The position numbers and the translations under genes are program-made. The notes beneath the pieces are model-generated. The model did no database searches. It had not been told where the DNA came from and saw only the letters and a list, made by a program, of their open reading frames with translations. A stretch of 62,096 nucleotides of DNA, filler included, from Chiloscyllium plagiosum (Eukaryota), in NCBI RefSeq assembly GCF_004010195.1. It is 3 parts of one record of this genome, joined end to end, with 100 filler letters (N's around TTAATTAATTAA, not from the genome) between each part and the next. Parts side by side here need not be neighbours in the genome. Positions count along the whole stretch, not along the records: positions 42,184 to 62,096 come from NC_057716.1; 2 more parts are not named here. One strand, written 5' to 3'. Of this stretch, positions 53,310-62,096 are shown piece by piece. Position 1 is the first letter of the stretch. Each line of letters begins with the position of its first letter.

Positions 53310-56300
53310 ATTAGCCCTGTCAACCCTGCAAAGTCCTCCTTACTAACACATGGGAATCGAGAGCTGTCTCAAAGACTAGTAAAGCAACAGCCTGACATAG
53401 TCATATTCACAGAATCACACATTACAGACAATGCCCCAGATACCACTATCCCTGGACATGTGCTGTCCCACTGGCTGGACAGACTCAGCGAGTGTGGCAG
53501 CACAGTGGTACACAGTTGGAAGGGAGCTGCCCCAGGCTTCCTCAACGTTGATGGTGGACCCGATAAACTCTCATGGCTTCAGGTTAAACACAGGCAAGGA
53601 AATCTCCTGTTGATTACCAAGTATCATCCTTCCTGGATGGTACCTTGAGGTTTATAAATTGCTGCAGGGGATTGATAAGGCAAATGTTGAACAGATGTTC
53701 CCCATTGTGGGACAGTCTAGAACAAGAGGTCATAAATATAGAGTAAGTGGAGGTAGGTTCAAAACTGAGATGAGGAGAAACTACTTCTCTCAGAGGATTG
53801 TGAATCTGTGGAACTTACAATCCCAGAACACAAAGGAGGCAGAAGATTCTGATGAAAACCAGGATAAATGGCAATGGGGAGCAGGCAGGAAAGTAGATTT
53901 GAGACCAGGATAAGCCATGATCATGTTACATGCTGATTGACATGAACAGTTGAATTCCTTACTCCTGGTCCTTATTCCTTGGTTCTTCAGCTGATGAATC
54001 AGTATTCCTCCATGATGAACAACATTTGGAGTTGGAATCAAGGGTAACAAAGATGTAAAATGTACTCTTGGTGGGGTTTCCAACGTCCATCACCGAGAGT
54101 GGCTCGGCAGTAGCACTACTGATTTAGCTGGTTGGATCCTTAAGGACAGAGCTCCTAGACTGGGTCTGCAGCAGTGAGGGAGCCAACAAAGGAGAGAAAC
54201 ATACATGACATACATCCTTACCAAGAATATTGGTAAGAGTGACCACCGTACAGTCCTTGTGGAGCTGAAGTCTCTCCTTCACATTGAGAGTATTCCCCAT
54301 TGTGTTGTGTGGCATTATTACCATGCTAAATGGGACAGACTTCATACAGACCTAGAAACTCAAGATTGCAGGTCATCAACAACAGTACAACTGCTCTTCA
54401 TTGCCCTTTGATCTGTAACCTTGTATCCTGGCAGATTCCCCCACTCAACCCTTACCATCAAATCAGGGGCTCAACCTTGCTTTGATTCAGAGTATAAGAG
54501 GGAATGCCAGGAGCAGAACCAGGCACACCTAAGAATGAAGAGTCAACCTGCTGAAGCTACCAAACAGGACTACCAGCAAGCCAAACTGCATAAGCAGCAA
54601 ATGATAGACAAAGCTAAGCGATCCCACAGCCACTGGATTAAATCTAAGCTCTGCCATCCTGCCACATCCCATCAAGAATGATGGTGAACAATTAAACAAC
54701 ACACTGGAGGAGAAGGCTTCACAAACATCCCCATTGTCAATGATGGAAGAGCCCAGCACATTAGTGCAAAAGCTAAGCCTGAAAAATTTCAGGCAATACT
54801 CAGCCAGAAGTATTGAGTGGATGATCTATCTCATCCTCCTCTAGTGGTCCCCAGCATCACAGATACCAGTCTTCACCCAATTTGATTCACTCCACATGAT
54901 ATTAAGAAATGGTTGGAGACACTGGATACTAGAAAAGCTATGGGCCCTATTAAAATTCCAGCAATAATACTGAAGGCTTTTGCTCCAGAACTTGCCACTT
55001 CCCTAGCCAAGCTCCTTCAGCACAGTTACAACATTGGCATCTACCCTACAATGTGGAAAATTGCCCAGGTGTGTCCTGTACACAAAAAACCGGGACAAAT
55101 CCAAATCAGTCAACTACCGCCCACACCAGTCTAGTTTCAATAATTCGTAAGGTGATGGAAGGCGTCAACAGAGTGCTAGCAAGCAGCACCTGCTCAGTAT
55201 AACTTGCTCAGTGATGCCTGGTTTGGGTTCCACTATGGCCATTCAGCTCCTGACCGCATCACAGTCTTGGTTCATATATGGACAAAAGAGCTGAATTCCA
55301 GAGGTGAGGTGAGAGTGACAACCCTTGTCATCAAGGCTGCATTCAACCACGTGTGACATCAAGGAGCCCTAGTAAAACTGGAATCAATGGGTGTCAGGAG
55401 CAAACTCCCTGCTGATGGGAGACATATCGGGCACATAGGAAAATGACTGCGGTTATTGAGATCTCAACTCCAGGACATCTCTGCAGGAGTTCCTCGGGGT
55501 ATTGTCCTAGGCCCAGCCATCTTCAGCTGCATCACTAATGACCTTCATAATGTCAGAAGTGGGGATGTTTGCCAATGATTGCACAATGTTCAGCACCATT
55601 CACAACTCCTCAGATACTGAACATGTTCAAATGCAGTAAGTTATGGACAATATCCAGGCTTGGGCTGTCAAATGGCAGGTTATTTCCATTACCAATAAGA
55701 CAATCTGACTACTGCCCCTTGACATTCAATGGTATTACCATCACTGAATCCCCACTATTAACTTATTGGGGCTTATTTTTAACCAAAAATGCAACTGGAC
55801 TCATTGCATAAACACAGTGGCTACAAGTGCAGGTCAGAAACTAGGAATGTAGTCAGTAACTCATCTCCTTACTCCCCAGAGCCTGCCCACCATCTGCAAG
55901 GAGTGTGATGGAATATTCCCCACTTGCCTGGATAATTGTAGCTTCAATAATACTCAAGAAGCTTGACACTATCCAGGGCAAAGCAGCTCAATTGTTTGGC
56001 ATTACATCCACGAGCATCCATTCCCTTCACTGCTGATGTTCAGTATCAGCAGTGTGTACTATCTATAAGGTGCACTGCAGAAATTCACCAAACATCCTTA
56101 GACAGCACCTTCTAAACCGCCAACCACTTCATCTAGATGGACAAGGGCAGCAAATACATGGCAATACCACCACCTTAAAATTTCCCTCCAAGCCACTCAC
56201 CACCCTGACTTGAAAATATATCATTGTTTCTTCACTGTCATTGGGTCAAAATCCTGGAATTCCCTCCCTAAGAGCTTTGTGGGTTGACCTACAGCAGTTT

Positions 56301-56395
56301 TAGAAGGAAGCTCACCACCACCTTCTCAAGCGCCACTAGGTGGGCTATAAATGCTGGCTCGTCAGCTATGTCCATACCCCATAAACTAATTTTAA
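53310..56395 (+). mobile_element. Near-complete decayed LINE ORF2 (CR1/L2 group) with nested CR1 3' end (~53640-53985)
   Basis: PDIVIFTES, GKSDHRTV, KAMGP, WKIAQVCPVHKK, GVPRG and FANDC motifs in order; many stops. Confidence 0.85.
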
Positions 56396-56888
56396 AAACT
56401 CTCCAGTTCAAATGACTTCCTGGTAAATCCCTCTGTATCCTCTCTAGTGCAATCACATCACTTTTACAATGTGGGGGTTAAGGAAGGTAGTCAGATACAA
56501 ATTGAGCAAGGGGCTACAGAATTTGCTGAGGAGACTGAAAATGTTGTCTTTTTTTATTTTTAAATAATGAATTGGAAGGGACATTGGCTATCATCATTTT
56601 GAAGGTAAAACTCTGAATGAAGTCACAGGTTCTAAACCAAATAAACACTCCACTCATCCACTTTATTGCCCCATTGGTGGAAGTGAAAATTACCATCATA
56701 ATGTCTATCAAGCAGTTAAACTTACCCAGCTGCTTAAGCTTAATATTTTAATTACTGATGACTAATATGGCACTCTTAATTATAATACAATGTCCTGCTG
56801 TGTTTTACAATAAATATGTTTTGCTAAAACATAGGAACATCCAACATGTCTGAATGTTGAAGTGTTAGAATTAAAATTATATATAATT

Positions 56889-57556
56889 CAAAGTTTGTGC
56901 GAAGATTTGTAGCTCGGGTGCTCGTTGTTGTGGTTCTGTTCGCCGAGCTGGAAGTTTTTGTTGCAAACGTTTCGTCCCCTGGCTAGGCGACATCATCAGT
57001 GCTTGGGAGCCTCCTGCGAAGCACTTCTTTGATGTTTCCTCCGGTGTTTATAGTGGTCTGTCCCTCCCGCTTCCGGTTGTCAGTTTCAGCTGTCCGCTGT
57101 AGTGGTTGGTATATTGGGTCCAGGTCGATGTGTTTGTTGATGGAGTTTGTGGATGAATGCCATGCCTCTAGGAATTCCCTGGCTGTTCTCTGGGGAGAAA
57201 GTGAGGTCTGCAGATGCTGGAGATCAAAGTTGAAACTTCAAGCAACATGAATTCGACTGGGACAACACTACTATCATAGGGCAAGCCAGACAGAGAACAG
57301 CCAGGGAATTCCTAGAGGCATGGCATTCATCCACAAACTCCATCAACAAACACATCGACCTGGACCCAATATACCAACCACTACAGCGGACAGCTGAAAC
57401 TGACAACCGGAAGCGGCAGGGACAGACCACTATAAACACCGGAGGAAACATCAAAGAAGCGCTTCGCAGGAGGCTCCCAAGCACTGATGATGTCGCCTAG
57501 CCAGGGGACGAAACGTTTGCAACAAAAACTTCCAGCTCGGCGAACAGAACCACAAC
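56889..57556. mobile_element. Young PLE (Poseidon-like) insertion forming a long inverted repeat
   Basis: Arms 56925-57192 and 57291-57558; + strand HEFDWDNTTIIGQ...REFLEAWHS (GIY-YIG C-terminus); hammerhead cores 56963-57002 (-) and 57481-57520 (+); TSD AATTATATATAATT at 56875-56888 and 57557-57570. Confidence 0.9.
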
Positions 57557-57759
57557 AATTATATATAATTTTCTCCCTAAGGGCATTATGGGTCAATATA
57601 CAGCATTTGGACTGCAGCAGTTCAAGAAAGTAGCTTGCCACTACCTTCTCAAGGGCAAATAAGGACAGGCAATGAATGCTGGCCTAGCATGCAACACCCA
57701 AGTCCAGCAAGTGAATTAAAAAATACATTGAAAATAATATGTCTTTAATAATCTTACAG

Positions 57760-57887
57760 AGGTAAAAAGTTATGAATCGCCTTTTGGATCAAAAGTTCGT
57801 GATCATGCATGTGTTGAAAGCATGAGGGACATTGTATTAAGGGACAGAGGTCGTCCTGAAATCCCCAGCAACTGGCTGGTACACAAA
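57760..57887 (+). CDS. TGFBR2: TGF-beta receptor type-2-like kinase exon (128 bp)
   Basis: ttacag|AG GTA...CAC AAA|gtaagt; (E)[42 protein letters not shown]; phase-compatible with the 48069-48210 exon. Confidence 0.92.
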
Positions 57888-58675
57888 GTAAGTATGAAAT
57901 AGAATTGAGTGTTAGCTCTGATAATGTAAGCTGTCTTTGTTAATATAACATAGCATTTTAGTAATTTAACAACTACAGAACAAATAGCAGTATCATTCTA
58001 TATCTGAGAGCATTGTTTTTCATTATATCAGGAAAGGACAATATTAAATATACCTTTTTAGAATGAATATGCTTCTTCTTACACAGACAATTTCACTATT
58101 TAACTAATTCATTAGGTTTCTTTCTCATTCAGAAAACATGATAATCGCAGACCACCACTAAACAAATTTGTTAAAATCATTCTCTATTAAATCAATCCTT
58201 TTTTTACTGTTATGTTTTTAAAGTCGAGGACCTGCTAAATAGTAAAATCCCTAACTGATTGCCATTTACTGTACAGGTTGTTGCTCGGTATTATTCAGTT
58301 TAGAGTGCTTTCTGATAGTGATAAACTAAAGACCACTCTTTAGATCACAATCCACCAGAAATAACTGGGTAAATTTATCTAACACATTGAAAAGAATCTT
58401 ATTTGAGGAAGCAGACTTTAAACAATTGAAATGCAGGCCCTGACTTTCGCTCGCAGGTCAGATGCACAGAGCAGGCAGAAATCCCAGGTCTGCAAACCTG
58501 ACCTTCCAGATATTCCCATTTTTGGCCCAGGGATGGGGAGTGCAGGTTGACTTAGAGTTGGGCTGGATAATCTAGAAGGCTACAAACATACCAATTCCCA
58601 AGATGGGATGGGTGGAAATCCTACCTCTGGGCTCTAATTCTGTGATGGAAGTATAGAAGATGAAGAATAAAACAT

Positions 58676-59021
58676 GAAAAATGTGTTGCTGGAAAAGTGT
58701 AGCAGGTCAGGCAGCATCCAAGGAGCAGGAGAATCGACGTTTCGAGCATAAGCAAGGATGCCTTCCTTGAAGAAGCTCTCTTCCTCCCTCTACAAGGATT
58801 TCAGTGAGTCCCTCTCTCACTGCACTCCCCAGGTCATCTCCTCTGCCCTGAAGCTCTTCAGCCACGTCCTCAAACAGACTCGCTACCACAGTCACATCTC
58901 GAAAGGCTTATGCCCGAAACATCGATTCTCCTGCTCCTTGGATGCTGCCTGACCTGCTGCGCTTTTCCAGCAACACATTTTTCAGCTCTGATCTCCAGCA
59001 TCTGCAGTCCTCACTTTTTCC
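58676..59021. mobile_element. PLE-derived element: inverted termini around a short ORF-start-like segment
   Basis: Arms ~58676-58752 and ~58905-58983; insert MPSLKKLSSSLYKDFSESL...YHSHIS. Confidence 0.7.
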
Positions 59022-59974
59022 TAGAAGCATAAAACATCTGCCCATCCCCCATGATTCCCCATATCCCTTGCAGGACTCTCCGCCTCTAAACATCGCCAAG
59101 GCCCTTCATAGACACAATACCAAATCATAATCTCTCCCCACCAACATTTGCCCTTTCTTCTCCATGACAACTCATTAAGTATCCACCATTTGCAAGACTT
59201 GGGGGAATGCTGACTGTGTCTATTGATGTTTCCATTATTGGGGGAAAAAAATCAATACTCCTTCAACTAATCTCTCATGAAAATAAACATTTCACTTCAG
59301 TGCCTAATTACTTCATCCCATATGTAGAGAAACATTTCTATTCCATGAACAGTTGGAACTATCCATCAAAATCCTCCCTCACAAGGCACCCCAAAATGAA
59401 AATGATATAGAAATCAATCACTGCAGCGCAACTCCTGTAATGATTGTGGGAACAGACAGTTTGAATTACCTAGTACCCTTTAAAAACATGTTTGAAGAAA
59501 TTTGAAAATAAGTTTTGGTTATTCCAATGAATTTATGCACTTTTTAACTCCAGCATACATTTTGCAATAATCCAAAGTGTGTCTTATCTTGACCAAAGAT
59601 GTCCCAACACCAGATTTAAAGGAATACCTTACTCCGAAAGAGGAAAGATATAAAATCTTTTCCCAGCCCTTATCCCTGCTTATCCTTCTTACTCCCATAT
59701 ATATGCTAACCTATATGCCCTCTACCCTCTTCCACAGCTCCATATATCTGCTATGCTAGTCAATGCCCCATACCTATCCCAGTGCTCCTCATACACATCT
59801 GATATCTTAGTGCTTAGTTCCACTCACCATCTTTCCCTCCCCCTTACCTGCCATGCCAACTCATTGAGTATCCACATTGGAGTAACAAACAGTGCTATTG
59901 CAGACCCCACTATTGAAAAAAACACACATTCATAAAAATACAGTCATTTTTTGACGGTGCTCGGCAGGTTGAAG

Positions 59975-60219
59975 ACTATAGAGAGTTCAAGGCATTTAGG
60001 TACCTTTTGAACACAATCGTTTCCAAAGTTAACAGTCTCAAAGAGCACCTGACACCAACCACACACACACACACACGCACGCACGCGCACGCACGCGCAC
60101 ACACACACTATAGAGAGTTCAAGGCATTTAGGTACCTTTTGAACACAATCGTTTCCAACGTTAACAGTCTCAAAGAGCACCTGACACCAACCACACACAC
60201 ACACACACACACACACACA
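59975..60219. repeat. Two-copy tandem repeat (132-bp period) each ending in (CA)n
   Basis: actatagagagttcaagg...cctgacaccaacc at 59975 and 60107, one visible mismatch. Confidence 0.9.
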
Positions 60220-60615
60220 GCTGAAAAGGCTGGGGCTGTTTTTCCTGGAGCATCGGAGGCTGAGGGGTGACCTTATAGAGGTTTACAAAATTATGTGGGG
60301 CATGGATAGGATAAATAGACAAAGTCTTTTCCCTGGGGTCGGGGAGTCCAGAACTAGAGGGCATAGGTTTAGAGTGAAAGGGGAAGGATATAAAAGGGCA
60401 AGCAGAGAGATGTGCATGTATGGAATGAGCTGCGAGGGGGAGTGGTGTAATTGCAGCATTTAAAAGGCATCTGGATGAGTATATGAATAGGAAGGGTTTA
60501 GAGGGATATGGACCAGGTGTTGGCAAATGGAACTAGATTAGGTTCGGATATCTGGTCAGCATGGACGAGTTGGACCAAAGGATCTATTTCTGTGCTGTAC
60601 ATTTCTATGACTCTA
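60220..60615 (+). mobile_element. CR1 (HER1-like) 3' end
   Basis: gaggctgaggggtgaccttatagaggt...ctatgactct. Confidence 0.85.
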
Positions 60616-60619
60616 AAAA

Positions 60620-62096
60620 TATGAAATGTTTTTGAAATAACTTAACAGAATCCAGTATCCTTTCACCAAGTCAACATTTATTCAAACATGGAGAGTCCTT
60701 GACACAGATCCAGCTCCCCCAGTATGAACAGGACATCTGACAGTCCTTTTTTCTTCTTTTTTTTACTTCAGCTCTCAGAATGAATGGGATATCTGACAGC
60801 CCTGCTCTCAGAGTGAACAGAGACAGTCCTTTTTTTTCAGTGCCCTTGTCTCCTGTTTTTTTTAATAACTCCCACACTACCGCCTAACTGCGGTAGTGCT
60901 TATTTTTTCCCCCAGCACCCATGGTGTGTGTGTGCAGGTGTGAGACACAAGGTGTACGAATCTTTATTCAATTTCCACAGTCCTTTTCTTTTTTTTACCC
61001 GAGTGGCCAGTGACAAGCACTGCCCTTTACATTGCTGTTTATCTTTTTTTCTTAATGGGCAATGCTGTGTGAATGTCCTATTTATTTATTTTTCTTTTTT
61101 TTTCCTTTCTTTTTCTTTTAACCCCGACATTACCGCCTAACCGCGGTAGTGCTTATTTTTTCCTCCAGCACCCATGGTGTGTGTGTGCAGGTGTGAGACA
61201 CAGTGAAAGACACAAAGTGCATGAATCTTTATTCAATTTCCACAGTCCTTTTCTTTTTTCTTCTTTTTCTAACCCCCCTACACTACCCCCTAATCGTGGT
61301 AGTGCTTATTTTATCCCCAGCACCCATGGTGTGTGTGTGCAGGTGTGAGACAAGCTCTTTTTTTTTTCTCTTTTTTTTTCTTTTTTTTCCCCCCACACTA
61401 CCGCCTTACCGCGGTAGTGCTCCGCGTGCTCCTTTGACAAGGACACCCGGGCCCTAACGTAGACAGTCTTTTTCTTTTTTTTCTCTTTCTTTTTTTAAAT
61501 AGAGTTTGGAGGGAGAATGGTGCACTCCACTCCCTGCGGCGCCCACCTCTCCCTGAACAACTCCAGGGTGTTGGTGGACACCGCGTGCTCCTTTGACAAG
61601 GACACCCGGGCCCTAACGTAGACAGTCTTTTTCTTTTTTTTCTCTTTCTTTTTTTAAATAGAGTTGGAGGGAGAAATGATGCACTCCACTCCCTGCGGCG
61701 CCCACCTCTCCCTGAACAACTCCAGGGTGTTGGTGCCAACCCCTGTTTATTTTTTTATTTAACCCCCACATTACCACCTAAGTAATCCCCCAATTTTTTT
61801 TCCTTTTCTATTTTATTTAACCCCCACACTACCACCTAAGTGCGGTAGTGCTTATTTTGTTCCCCAGCACCCATGGTGTGTGTGTGCAGGTGTGAGACAC
61901 AGTGAAAGACACAAAGTGCACGAATCTTTATTCAATTTCCACCACCAGGAAGATAGACAAACACTGCCCTTCACATCAAAGGGCAGTGCTGTGTGATCAA
62001 AACAGTGAAGGGGAGGGTAGGGACTAAATCAAAATAGAGTTGGAGGGAGAAATGATGCACTCCACTCCCTGCGGCACCCACCTCTCCCTGAACAAC
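60620..62096 (-). mobile_element. LTR-like host repeat followed by a tandem pile of Tx1 3' fragments
   Basis: 60620-60750 resembles 14780-14916; then four copies of ccccagcacccatggtgtgtgtg (~60910, 61165, 61316, 61862) and other Tx1 tail pieces separated by T-tracts. Confidence 0.85.

Overview
Eukaryotic, repeat-rich vertebrate DNA. HE1-type SINEs, CR1 LINEs and Penelope-like elements point to a shark or other cartilaginous fish (inference). Protein-coding content: an intact single-exon B3GALT1 ORF (8688-9668, +) and two kinase-domain exons of a TGFBR2-type receptor (48069-48210 and 57760-57887, +) that the ORF track misses. The rest is mostly retroelements: CR1/L2 LINEs, Tx1-type LINEs, Penelope-like elements (PLEs), a Gypsy remnant, solo LTRs and SINEs. 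There is also a ~14 kb pyrimidine-rich duplicated domain (22.2-36.4 kb) ending at a CpG-island-like promoter candidate. Most notable: (1) a Tx1-type LINE apparently inserting repeatedly at one site next to the TATA box of an LTR-like host repeat, at two separate loci; (2) several PLE-derived families carrying minimal hammerhead-ribozyme cores whose helix III is a loopless 4-nt palindrome; (3) a 5S rRNA-derived segment fused to a tRNA-type SINE; (4) possible nesting of B3GALT1 in a TGFBR2-like intron. The assembly has N gaps and artificial TTAATTAATTAA linkers, so long-range order is uncertain. All repeat boundaries were read by eye and are approximate.
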